A DNA stretch of 64,000 nt, taken from positions 240,002,001 to 240,066,000 of the forward strand of contig NC_091472.1 in assembly GCF_036971445.1 (NCBI RefSeq), written 5' to 3'. This DNA is from Narcine bancroftii. Its lineage: Eukaryota. Below, piece by piece: positions 25,548 to 37,329 of this stretch. The position numbers were made by a program, and so were the translations under genes. Each line of letters opens with the position of its first letter. Position 1 is the stretch's first letter. The notes below the pieces were generated by a model, which worked only from the letters and a program-made list of their open reading frames with translations, ran no database searches and was not told the DNA's origin.

Positions 25548-25960
25548 CTGGAGCGTAGAAGATTGAGAGGGAACTTGATAGAGGTGTTTATGATTTTAAA
25601 AGGGACAGACAGAGTAAATGTGGATAGGCTTTTTCAATTAAGAAAGGGGGAGATTCAAACTAGAGGACGTGGTTTAAGATTGAAGGGGGAAAATTATAAG
25701 GGGAACATGAGGGGAAATTTCTTTATGCAGAGGGTGATGGGGATGTGGAATGAGCTTCCAGCTGACGTGGTCGAGCCGGGATCATTGGTTACATTTAAGG
25801 AAAGACTGGATCGTTACATGGATAGGAGGGGACTAGAGGGGTATGGATCGGGTGCTGGTCAGTGGGACTAGGAGGGTGGGGATTTGCTACGGCATGGACT
25901 AGTAGGGCCGAACTGGCCTGTTCTGTGCTGTAAGTGGTTATATGGTTATATGGTTATATA
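25548..25960 (+). mobile_element. CR1 LINE 3' end
   Basis: LERRRLRGNLIEVF...NFFMQRVMGMWNELP...EGYGSGAGQWD*; (tatatggt)n tail. Confidence 0.85.
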
Positions 25961-27119
25961 GTTGCCTGTCTGGTTTTTGCTCATATCCTAACGAAGAGCT
26001 CAGGCCCGAAACGGGGGCTATGTATCTTTATCTTTGTTACATAAAGAACTCTGTGTGACTTGCTGAGTTTCTCCAGTATTTTTGTGCAAACTATAATCAC
26101 AGAATCTGCGGATTTTCTTGTTTAACTCCACAGTTAAAGTGCTTGGGAGTAAGTACAGAGGAGAGGTAAGTTCTTCACACAGAGAGTGGTGGGTGCATGA
26201 AATGTGCTGCCAGCAACATTGGTGGAGGCAGGTACAATTGGATCTTTTAAGATACCAGAAAGGTTCATGAATTGAGAAAAAAAAAACAGTAATGCAGTAG
26301 GGAAATTCTAGGCAGTTGTTGCAGCAGGTTATTATGTCAGCATGACATTGTGGGCCAAAGGGTCTGTACTGTGCTGTAGATTTTCATGTTCTGCATTGTA
26401 TGTTCCATGTAACAATGATGTGAATTTAAATCATGGTTCTTTCATTGCAACTGAACCAAAATTCTGGAACTCTGCACACAATGCCATGTGACCAGTTCAC
26501 CATATGTATGGCGGTGTTTTAAGCAGGCATCTCAAGTCAAATATGTTTCACTATTGAAGAACAGAATTTCTGGCAATACTCTTATCCCAAAAGAGAAATG
26601 AAATTCCATGGTCCTAATTTTCTTAATTATCGAGACTAGCAAATGCAGATATCCAAATGCATTTTATCTTTTTGATTTCTATTATCAGATTCAATTATAT
26701 GCTCTAATATTTCTATTTGTTCTGCAAAATAAAACCTCTTTTTCATTCATGACAATAATTCATATGTTTCCTTTGTAACTGATTGGGATTACAAGCCTGT
26801 AATGCATGGACTTTTTTGTGTATCAAAAGGACTTACTTCTAATCTGTATTGACATTGGGTACATTATACTTCTGAATATGACAATAAACATTCATGCTCA
26901 TTATTAGTCTCTTCTGTCTTCCACCTGAATGTTTACTCAGTCTATCGCTAATGATCCAGACAATGTACTGCAGCTACCTGATAGAACTTCCCAAACACAT
27001 GAAAGACAGGGATAGTTGATGCCAAGGGCACCCCACCATCATCAAATCCCCATCCAAGTCACACCTTAAAAACTCTCCTTTTTATCATTAGATCTGAAAT
27101 CCTGGAACTCTCTACCCAA

Positions 27120-27695
27120 GAGTTGAATGTAGCAGTTGGAATGTTATGGAGAAGCCAAATTTGGAGTGTTCTGTGCAGTTTCCATCACCTAATTACAGGA
27201 AAGATATCAATAAGATTGAAAGAGTGCATAGAATATTTAAACGTATATTGCAAGTCATAAGGAACTGAGTTACAGGGAAAGGTTCAATACTTTAGGACTT
27301 TATGTTCTGGAGCATTGACAAATGAAAGAAGATTTGATAGGCATACACAAAGGTATGAGGGGAATAGATGGAGTAAATGCAAGCAGGCTTTTTCTCCTGA
27401 GGTTAGGTGAGACAAGAAAAAGACATGAATGCGTTAAGTCTGTAAGGTAAAACATTTAAAGGAACCATTATTGGGAAACTTCTTCACAAAGAGTGTGGAA
27501 TGAGCTGACAGCTGAAGTGATGAATGCAGTTTCCATTTTGATACTTAAGTAGAATTTGGATAGATATATGGACAGGAGGGGGATGGAGAGCTATGGTCTG
27601 GGTGCAGGCATTAAAACGAAGCTGAATAATAGTTCTGCATGGACTGGCTGGGCTAAAGGGCCTGCTTCTGTGCTGTAGTATTCTATGGTTCTAAG
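27120..27695 (+). mobile_element. CR1 LINE 3' fragment
   Basis: Decayed ccaaatttggagtgttctgtgcagttt...ttctatggttcta tail. Confidence 0.7.
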
Positions 27696-28039
27696 AGTGC
27701 TGTGGGAGGACCCTCACCATATGAACTGAAAGATGGAAGCATGAAATCAACCCAAGGGCAATTCATGATGGATAAGAAAACCTGTTCTTGCTGGTGACCA
27801 CAGAAGAATTTTAAATAAACCCTTAAGCTGTGAACTCAGAGGAGGAATGAGTAGCTTGGTGCAATCGAGCAAGGATAAATCACATGTTAAACTACTGCAG
27901 CTGATTAGCCATTCTTTGATGTCAGAAGTCAGACTATTTGAAATTCCAAGAGGCTCCCCCTGCTGGATGAGAGGCAGTACAACATCTTTACTTGCACAAT
28001 TGGTCCATGGAATTTCCACAGGAGCTCTATCAAAAGCCT

Positions 28040-28505
28040 CCTGGCTGGCTGTGTCACAGAGTGGTAGAGAAATGGATTAGTGGTCAATCTCCACCCACCC
28101 CATCAATGTGATCATCCAGGATCATTGTCTGAAGAGGACGCACAAAATCATTGAGGACCCCTTCCACCTTGTACACAGTATCTTTCAGTTACTCCCGTTG
28201 GGAAAGAGGTACCGGAGTATCAGAGCCAGGACCATCAGGCTTCTTCCCACGTGCAGTAAGAATGCTAAACAACCAAAGGAACTGCTCACATTAACCATCG
28301 GCGACTCCCATATTTATGAACAAACATTTATTTATTTATTTGTATATCTAAATTCTTGTCCTGCATATGTTTTGTTTGTCTGAATATGTGTGATGCCTGG
28401 TTGCATGTATGCGAGTTTTGCACCAAGGACCAGAGAACACTGTTTCTCAGGTTGTACTTGTGCAATCTGCTGAGAATAAATTTGAATTTTTGACTTGACT
28501 TGACA
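28040..28505 (+). mobile_element. Rex/Babar-like LINE 3' end
   Basis: HKIIEDPFHLVHSIFQLLPLGKRYRSIRART; (acttg)n tail. Confidence 0.7.
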
Positions 28506-28509
28506 AACA

Positions 28510-29880
28510 GGCAAAAGATCTGTTCATGAACCTGGAGGAGAGATACCAGGGTCCCTTCTTGAGGCAGTGACTCACATAGATATCTACAATGAATGGGAGT
28601 TTCATACTCAGGATGGATTTGGCTGGGTTTGCTACTTTCTGCTATCTTCTGTGATCCTGGGCACCAGAGTTACTAAACCAGATCATGATGCAACTAGTCC
28701 ATATACTTTCCACAGTTCACCATTAGAAGTTTAATTGAGTATTCAACAACTTGCCAAATCTTCTTAGAAAATTGCCTTCATTTGCTGGCTGCAATGATGA
28801 CCTCCAAGATATGGCCACCAAGGAATTTGAGGTCCTCACCCTGTCCATGCCAACCCATTAATGAAGACCGGTGCATGTTTCCTTGGCTTCTCCTTTCTAA
28901 AGTCCATGACAATCTCTTTAGTCATACTCATGTTGAGAGCTTGATTGTTGCTTTGGCACCACACAACTAGATTCTCCTATATTCTGACTCATGATTACTC
29001 CTTATTCAGTCAATAATGGTGGTGGTGTTCATGAATTTTGAGATTACATTAGAGCTGGACTTGGCTAGCCAGTGAAGGATATAAAGGGAATAGAACAGGG
29101 GACTAAACACACAGAATTAAAGTGTCCCTATGTTGATGATCAGCGAGGGGGCGATATTGTTGATTTTCACTGACTGTGGTCTGTGGAAGTAGAAATCTAG
29201 AATCCATTTGCAGAGGGAGGAATAGAGTCCCAGATTACTGAGTTTAATTACTAGTTGTGCTAATGTGATGGTTTTGAAACATCAAGTTGTAGTCATTGAA
29301 CTGCAGCCTGCCATAGGTGCTCTTTTGGTCTAGATGATCTAATGCAGAGTAGAGGGCCATTGAGGTGGCATCTACCTTTGACCATCTCACATGATGATGG
29401 GTGAATTGAAGTGGCTGCAGATCCTTCCTGAGACAGGAGTTAAACTACTCCATGACCAACTTTTCAAAGCACTTCATGGTGAATGTCAGTGCCACCAGCT
29501 GATGCTCATTGAGGCAAATTACCTTGTTCTTCTTGGGCACCAGTATGATGCATGCCCTTTTGAAACAGGTAGGGATCTCAGACCATAGTAGTGAGAGGCT
29601 GAAAACGTCTGTAAAACCTTCAACCAGTGGGTTCACATGAGCTTTAAATGCACAGTCTAGGCCAATGTTTTCTGAGGGTTCACCCTTCAAAAAATTGTTT
29701 TCATGCCAACCTCAGTGACTGGGAAGACAGAATCGCTAGGAGCTGTGGTGGTTCATGAGAGTGCATCACTGTTTTTCCTATCATAGTGTGCATAGAAGAT
29801 GTTTAGCTCATCCAGAGGAGATGGTTTGCAATTATGGAGGCTACATCTTTTTGCCTTGTAGGATGCAATGGCTTGCAAAT
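28510..29880 (-). mobile_element. Decayed Rex/Babar-like LINE ORF2 fragment
   Basis: IPTCFKRACIILVPKKNKVICLNEHQLVALTFTMKCFEKLV (29445-29690). Boundaries approximate. Confidence 0.6.
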
Positions 29881-31550
29881 CCTACAACAGCCATCAACCA
29901 TGTGAGATCCCTCTTAGACTCTCTTGGACCGGAATCCAAGCGAAGGACATCTAGGAGAGAGCCTAAAATCACAAGGTCAGGCAAATACAAAGATAATACA
30001 TTTTAAATCAAACAGCACCTGAAAATCAGGGGTTGTTTTTACTGCCAATCACACGAGATGTCTGCATAAAACTGGGACCTAATCAAAATTGTCAGCAACA
30101 TGATGTTCCATTGGTAGTCCCTGCTCGCTTTTAAAAGGAGGCGATAGTCATCAAGTTCAAACACTTTGATTTGCTTTAAATATCTTTCTGATTCAACTAC
30201 TTTCTAATATTATTTATTTTAAACTTGTGTATGTAAAGTCGGACTCCACCAATAAAATGAATAAGTGATTCTATTAATTAATTGTAATTGTATTTTGAAG
30301 TTTATTAGGTTATTTAGAAATGGAGCAATGTGAGTTAAATGTTTATTTATTTATCCCCCAAATTATTTTCAACTGTAGTACTTTAACTACAAGAGCTACA
30401 TCGATTTCATACACAAGCACTTAGTGTCATTTTGTTTTTAAATGATCACATTTTAAATTGCTGGCAATTCACATTATTTCAAAGCAAATTATGTACTTGC
30501 CAATATGAAAAACTGTGAAATAATTTTTCAAAAGCTGCAGAATTTTAGGCATTTACCTTGACAACCTTGGACTGAATGTCACTGACATTCCTGTGTCTCC
30601 CTTGCCCCTCTCTGCCCACTTGAACCATGCTATTCTTCTGACCATTCCAGTTCTGATGTCGGGGCCTTGTCCCAAAACATCATCTCAGTTTCTCTCCCTA
30701 CAGCTACTGCCTGACCTGCTGAAATTCCAGTCCTTGTTTGCTTTTCCACCATCTGCAGATTTTGCTCCAAAACGTAGAGTATAATTAACAACTGAATCAA
30801 CCTGCCTCAACTAAAGCCCTTGAACACAGATATTATCACAAAATAAATCTATCCTGATTAGAAATCCACATTTGTTAGACATCTGAACAAACCACAATAA
30901 AAATGAGCAGCAAATGCCCTTCTACTTTTCTTTCTCCTCGATATCACTGTTATAGGCTTGGTGCCATGTGTGCAGGGAGAGAAAGTAGTGGTAGGAACAA
31001 GGAGGGGAAAATAAAAGAACGATTAATATAAAGGAGGAATCATTCCTCATTTTTCACTGTTTAGGTCCTCAGGATATCCCAAAACATTTAGTGAAGTATT
31101 TGCAACCAATTTAGACACAAGAAATTGCCACAAACAGCAATCAGTTTAAATGATGTTGGCTGAGAGATAAATTTCAATTAAGAAACCTATGGATAACACC
31201 TCCACTCTTCCTTAGATATAGGTCTTTGTGTCCACCTCAGACACCAGTTGAATATCTTATTAGAAATGCAGGATCTCCGGCAGAAATTGACACTCGGTAA
31301 TATATAGATACCACATAGTAACATAATTTTGTAACTATTAAGATAGAAGTAAACCAATCCTGGAACCAAAGTAAAATGCCAATTAAAAAAAGGACCAGAT
31401 GATGTCCTGACAACTCTTATTCATTGAACATCCATCCAGAACTATTAAAATAACATCAAAACAGAATGAAAAGAATTCATAGTCATCTGAAAACCTGACT
31501 CAGGGGTTTTGTCTGCAGTGCCAACAGGTTTTATTTTAACTTTGACTTTT

Positions 31551-31627
31551 TGCTGATATCTCCCTTGGACACCATTAGAATAACAAAGGTACTTCCTACA
31601 GTGGCATTTTCGTTCAGCTTATAAATA
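31551..31627 (+). promoter_or_regulatory. Gene 3 proximal promoter: Maf half-site, CATT-N6-ACAAAG element, TATA box
   Basis: ttttTGCTGA (31551-31556), CATTAGAATAACAAAG (31573-31588), TATAAATA (31620-31627). Confidence 0.72.
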
Positions 31628-31683
31628 CCGAGCTACATGAAGCAGGGCTGTATCTAGGTGGTTCTTCTACTGTGAAGCTCAAA

Positions 31684-31692
31684 ATGGGAAAG
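31684..31692 (+). CDS. Gamma-crystallin gene 3 exon 1 coding part (MGK)
   Basis: ctcaaaATGGGAAAG|gtaagc. Confidence 0.9.
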
Positions 31693-33637
31693 GTAAGCCT
31701 CAGTCTTTTTTTTAACAGATTTGCCAATAATATTTCCAGCCGATCAAGAAACTAACAACTCACTGATGTCCTTTAATTTCCCACAGATCATCTTCTACGA
31801 GGACAGGAACTTCCAGGGCCGGCACCACGAGTGCAGCTCCGACTGCGCCGACCTGTCCCCATACTTCAGCCGCTGTAACTCCATCCGTGTGGAGAGTGAT
31901 TGGTGGGTGCTGTATGAAAGGCCCAACTATGGGGGATATCAATATGTCCTGAGCAGGGGCGAGTATCCTGACTACCAGCGCTGGATGGGGTTTGACGACC
32001 GTGTTAGGTCCTGCCGCAGTTTTCCACAGGTGAGGAGCAGCCACATTGCTGACTTTCAGTTTGATATCATGGTGCACTTTGTATTTGTTAGGGTCTGTCA
32101 ACAATGTTCTGTCACTTGATGTCAGTCAGTCTCAGGCAATTCATTTATTGTTGAAAAGCCTTTTATATTGATTACAAGATTATTCTTGACCCTTCTCTTT
32201 TCCTGTTCCTGTGACAAATCCATTGTAATCAAAGTGCTTTCAAATTTGAGAAATAAGACTGAAATGTTCAGCAATGTTCTGTCACTTTTCATTACTGTTT
32301 ACGGTTAAATCTCAGTTAATTGATTATTAAAGTGTATTTTTATATTACATTTAAAATTATTACTGTCTTCATCCTTTTTTCTTTTGTAAGTGAAAAATTC
32401 CACACTTTAACCTTTTTGATGCATGTTATTTCAGATTTCGGAAATAACCTTGAGATGAACCATGACAACTAGTGGCGCATAACTATAAGCATTGTCTGCC
32501 CTCAATTGGAGCTTCTCTTTAAACAGACAGAAATGTTGCACTGCTATTTGTTGAACTGATGTAGTTTTCTGCTACACAGCAGATTTAACCAGTTGCAATT
32601 GAACTAACGTTGACATAGCCAGTCATGGGTTTGCACTGTGCCCGTGTACATTCAAAGCTACAAATATTTTCCTTCAAAGTCCATTCTTGCAGAATTTGAA
32701 AGATCAGCAGATGTTGAGTGATGTAGTGGTAATTACATCCTTAGCCTTGGTCCACCTAACCCACTTAAGGGGTTCATGCCTTTTCGTTCCTCTGATGCTA
32801 TGTGACCTTCTGAGTTTTGACAGCACTTTTGAGCACTGCAGCATCCACCGTCTTTATTGCTTAACCCCATGTGCACATCCTGCTTGAAACCAGAACAAAG
32901 CATTTATTCACCAAATGGAGCATTCAACAGATTCCAAATATTGAAATATTGATTGGTGTTTTCAACTTATAATTCATAGATCTTTTATGGAAAGAAATTA
33001 AATTTAGTTTTGTATGTCTTTCTTCAACCCTAAATTCTACTTGTCATATTTTTCCAAAAACTCTTCAAAGAATTACAAAGATTCCAACAAAGGGAACTGA
33101 GAACCGCAGATAGAAATTTAGCTGTAATCTTACCAATGATCTACTTAGAAAACAGTTTATGACTTACAACAGTTTGAAATATTTTTCAGTTTTATGTTCA
33201 GCAAATGGATAATATAAGTAATCATTTCCAAATTCATTTTAGCTTCTACCTTCAATGACATGTATGTGATCTAAAGTGAAAATTTATGGAATGCTTTTGG
33301 GAATATACTGTAACTCATACATAATGACAACAGGTTAATCGATAATATGTTTGATTTATAGTACCGGGGAGGCAACTACAAAATAAGGATTTATGAGAGG
33401 CCTGACTTTGGAGGGCAGATGATGGAATTCATGGACGACTGTCCCTCCGTCTACGATCGTTTCCGTTACCATGACATTCACTCCTGTCAGGTGATGGATG
33501 GCTACTGGATCTTCTATGAGCAGCCCAACTACAGAGGCCGTCAGTACTTCCTGAGACCTGGTGAATACAGGAGATACAGTGACTGGGGTGGCTACAACAC
33601 CACCATTGGGTCCTTCAGGCGCATGAGGGACTTCTAG
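31684..33637 (+). CDS. Gamma-crystallin gene 3 (shark gamma-S1-like), join(31684..31692,31787..32029,33362..33637), 175 aa
   Basis: [23 protein letters not shown]...[36 protein letters not shown]...GSFRRMRDF*; all GT-AG introns; AATAAA at 33681-33686. Confidence 0.95.
31787..32029 (+). CDS. Gamma-crystallin gene 3 exon 2
   Basis: ccacag|ATCATC...CCACAG|gtgagg; 243 nt. Confidence 0.95.
33362..33637 (+). CDS. Gamma-crystallin gene 3 exon 3
   Basis: ttatag|TACCGG...TTCTAG; 276 nt. Confidence 0.95.
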   Translation, partial: YRGGNYKIRIYERPDFGGQMMEFMDDCPSVYDRFRYHDIHSCQVMDGYWIFYEQPNYRGRQYFLRPGEYRRYSDWGGYNTTIGSFRRMRDF

Positions 33638-34569
33638 ACTGAAATACAAGAATTAATGAGTAGATAGATTCATGAAGATCAATAAAAATCCACTTTGTTG
33701 ATTACTTTGATTGTTTCTTCTGGACTAGTGCAAAAATCATGCTGAATTAACCTGTTATTATTATTTAGAAATAGCTTATAAATGCAGATAAAACATCCTA
33801 CCAAATAATTAAATAGATACATAGAAAAATTCAAGCAATCAAATCTACAACTTGGCTGAAAATTTCTCTCTATTTCATGGGAAGAATTCAGAGCAGCAGG
33901 ATATGCATTCATGAAGATGGTTTCTTGCTGGGAATACTCTTTTTCAGTTGCTGAATCATTCAAGGAACTGTGTCTAGGCCTTCAGTGTTGATGAGTTGGG
34001 CTGCTGGAGATAATAAATCAGAGTTCTATCTCTCATCTTAAATAGACCAAAAAAAATACCACCATAGGATATGGGGCAAAGAAGAATGTTTCCGTTGCTC
34101 TGGCCAACATTATCCCTCACTAATATCACTGAGGTGGATTATCTGACCATCATTCCATTGATTTAGTTGATTATTGGTTCTCATTCTCATTAGTGTTAGT
34201 GGTGATTGGTAATCATTTTCAATGGGGTTAGTGGGCATCAATTCTTATTCTGCCATGGCGTGAATTAAACTCGTGTCTCGAGTTTAATGGTTCAGGAGAA
34301 TGGGTGCTTACCAAATTTATCTCGATAATTGCACTGTGGGCTTTGCATTCAAATTTAAATGTAATGAAGCCTTCATGCTCACAGAATTCCCTGAGCAAAG
34401 TATAAACCAACCTGCTGACATCAACTTCCTGAACATTCCAGGAACCAAACCTTTTGAGGTCCCAGATGAAGGTTCTGGATGACTGAGCTAGAGATTGGCC
34501 AGGTCCCTACCAGCCAATGGAGATCTTCAAGAGGTTCAAGTTCCTACCAGCCACAGGCCAGCAACTACC

Positions 34570-35200
34570 ATTCCCTCACTGATCCCTCAGCAGAACCTCA
34601 CCCATCTTTTCACTCTTCAGATCCTCACCAATTCCACACTGATGCCACACCAGATCCTCACTGATGCTTAACTGAACCTTCAGCATATCCTTACCAGTAC
34701 CCCACCAGACCCTCACTGATGCCTAACTGAACCTTCAACATATCCTTACCAATACCCCACCAGACCCTCACTGATTCCTCTTTAACCCTTCATTGTTCCA
34801 TCATTCTCCCTCACTGTCTCACACTTCCTTACTGACCCTCACTATTCCTCGCTGACCCTCATTCTCCTACCCTCTCCCTCACTGTCCTTCATTCTCATAC
34901 CCTCTACTTAACTGACCCTCACTCTACTAGTCCTTCACTATTCTTCACTGACCCTTACTCTCCTTCACCCACCCTAAATGACCCTCACTCTACTACACTG
35001 TCCTACACTATTCCTCACTGTCCCTCACCCTCCTTCACTGTCCCTCTCTCCTTCACTGATCCTCACTCTCCCTATGACCATCACTGACCCTCATTCTCCC
35101 TCACTGTTCCTCAGTGAGTCTCTCCCTCATCGATCCACTCTCTACCTCACTGTCCTTCACTATGCCTCACTGACCCTCACCATCCCTCACTGGTCCTTCA
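34570..35200. repeat. C/T-rich degenerate minisatellite (ccctcactg-based) including a 55-bp tandem
   Basis: Recurrent gaccctcact/ccctcactg; 55-bp units start at 34651, 34706 and 34761 (partial). Confidence 0.75.
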
Positions 35201-35269
35201 TTAGTCCTTTATCTGTCTGTTACCACCTCTTCCCATGGTGTTGTGAGTTTAATCTAGTGGGCAGTGCAT

Positions 35270-35950
35270 TTCTGTGATTCAGAAGCTGCCACTCCTTCAT
35301 GGGTACCTCCATCACTGATGATAGAGGGTATGCCTTAGTCCACACACTGGTGGATTAAGACATGGAGCTCCAAAGCAGAGGAAGAATGGATCATCCTATC
35401 CTTCGCTCTCAGTTCTTCAGTCTTCATTTCATCCGTTTTCAAAATAAGGAAGGTTGGAGTGACCTTCTTCAGGGAGCTTGGGTGACAGAGCCTCATCCAC
35501 ACCTTGCCCAATTCCTGCTCTCATTCCATCTCCTCTCAGACAGACAGAGTTCCCTGCTCCTCACCTTCCACTCCACCAGCCTCTGCATCTTGCACATCAA
35601 TCTTCAATAATTCCAACAGCTACAATGGGATCTCCTCTACCAGCTATGTCTTCCCATCCCCATCCTTTCCATTTTTCACAGGGACCCCTCTCTCTGTGAC
35701 TCCTTCTTCCATCCTTCCACCCACCCCTCTCCCAACACTTTCCACTGCAACCAGAGGCGGAGTGACATCCATCCCAACACCTTCCCCTTCACATCCATCC
35801 AGGAACCTGTCCATCCCTTCCAGATTATACAGGTTTGCATGTGCACCTCCTCCAACCTTGTCTCCTGCATCCTGTTCTCCTGATGTGGCCTCAACTATAT
35901 TGGTGTGATGAAGTGACCACTCTGTTGAACTCCTATGCAGTACATAACCA
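35270..35950 (+). mobile_element. Penelope-like fragment
   Basis: cagagttccct..caccttccactccaccagcctc; tgcacctcctccaaccttgtctcctgcatc..tgtggcctc..tatattggtg (start of a GIY-YIG-like region). Confidence 0.55.
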
Positions 35951-37329
35951 GAATCTTCCACACCCAATGACCTGGAAGTATCAGTAAAAGTGAAATTGTC
36001 AACTGATTTCCTTTTTGAAAGGTTCTTGTTTACATTTACATCTGCTATCAACGTAATTCCTGAAGATGTCCCAAATAATCCCTAAATGGGATGAATACTG
36101 TGCTGAGTTTTAGTCTCATTTTGAAAAAGGGCAAGCAGGCTGCAAGAGGAATTTTTTCCTCTAAAATACATTTTATTTACAATAAAATATGCACAAGAGA
36201 AAACCATACTATGTTTTTGTATCCTTAGTGTCACGTTCATACATTCCATTACCGTTCATTGTTATATTAATTTTCTTTTACAACGTAGCACTATCGTCAC
36301 TGCTGCTTTTTTCAAAAATATATTTTATTCACAATAAATTATTTACAAAATAGAAAACTGTTCAAAGTCTTTTCACATCCTTAGTGATAGAACCATTCCT
36401 TTCCATCAATGTACATAGTAACATACATTCTCTAATTTCACCATTGCCACCACTGTAGCACCTTCCACTCTCTGTTGGTTGAGGAGCTTCCCCTCAGTCT
36501 CAGTTCCTCAATGCCCAGTAACAGAAGGATTCATTTTTTTTTAAACTCTGTGTTTCCTCAAGTGATTGACTAAAAATCATGGCTGGTCTCTCAGATGGGG
36601 TTAGATACGAGTCCATTTCTCATGCTCAGAAAAAAAGGACCCAGCCAGGAGCTATCTCTAGGGGTTTTTTTGTTAATCACATGGAATGGCCAAGAATTCC
36701 ATGTAATCAATGTGGTTGGGCACTGGTCCTCTACCACCCCTGTGCACTGACTCTTGCACAGTGAGCTAGTCACTAACAAGAGCATAGGCCCAGCCAGTGA
36801 ACACCTTCAGCAGTTGGCCAGACTTGTTGGTAGACCAAACAAAAAGAGAATCTCAGGGAAGCATTGAGCCTGATAATTCAGCAGTGATGTACTAAGGCTT
36901 GGTGCAGCTACTGCAAGGGCGTTGTGGGAAAGGACCACAGTCTAGTCCTTCCATTACTGAGCATTGAGGAGCTGAGTCTGAGGGGAAGCCAGTAAAACAA
37001 TAGAGGGGGGTATAATTACAAAGTGCCACAGTGATGCTTCACATCTTGGTCAATTGCATCATAGTGTGGTACGGTTGCTGTAGAGCATCAGATTGGAAGT
37101 CAATCCACAAGACCTTATGAACAACAGAGTATCACTGGGGTCTCCCTCCTCCTCATTGATGGGATCTACAAGGATTGTTGTTTGAAGAAGACTCGCAAAA
37201 TTAGTGGGGACCCCTACCATCCTGCACACAGCATCTTCTACCTACTCCCTTTGGGAAAGAGATGCAGGAGTATCAGAGCCAGAACCACTAGGCTGAGGAA
37301 CAGCTTCTTCTCACAGACAATTAGAATGC

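Noticed and set aside
31721-32119. ORF-track N- and C-terminal extensions of crystallin exons (also 16462-16614 and 9441-9461)
   Set aside because: Read-through into introns; consensus splice sites give exact 243- and 276-nt exons.
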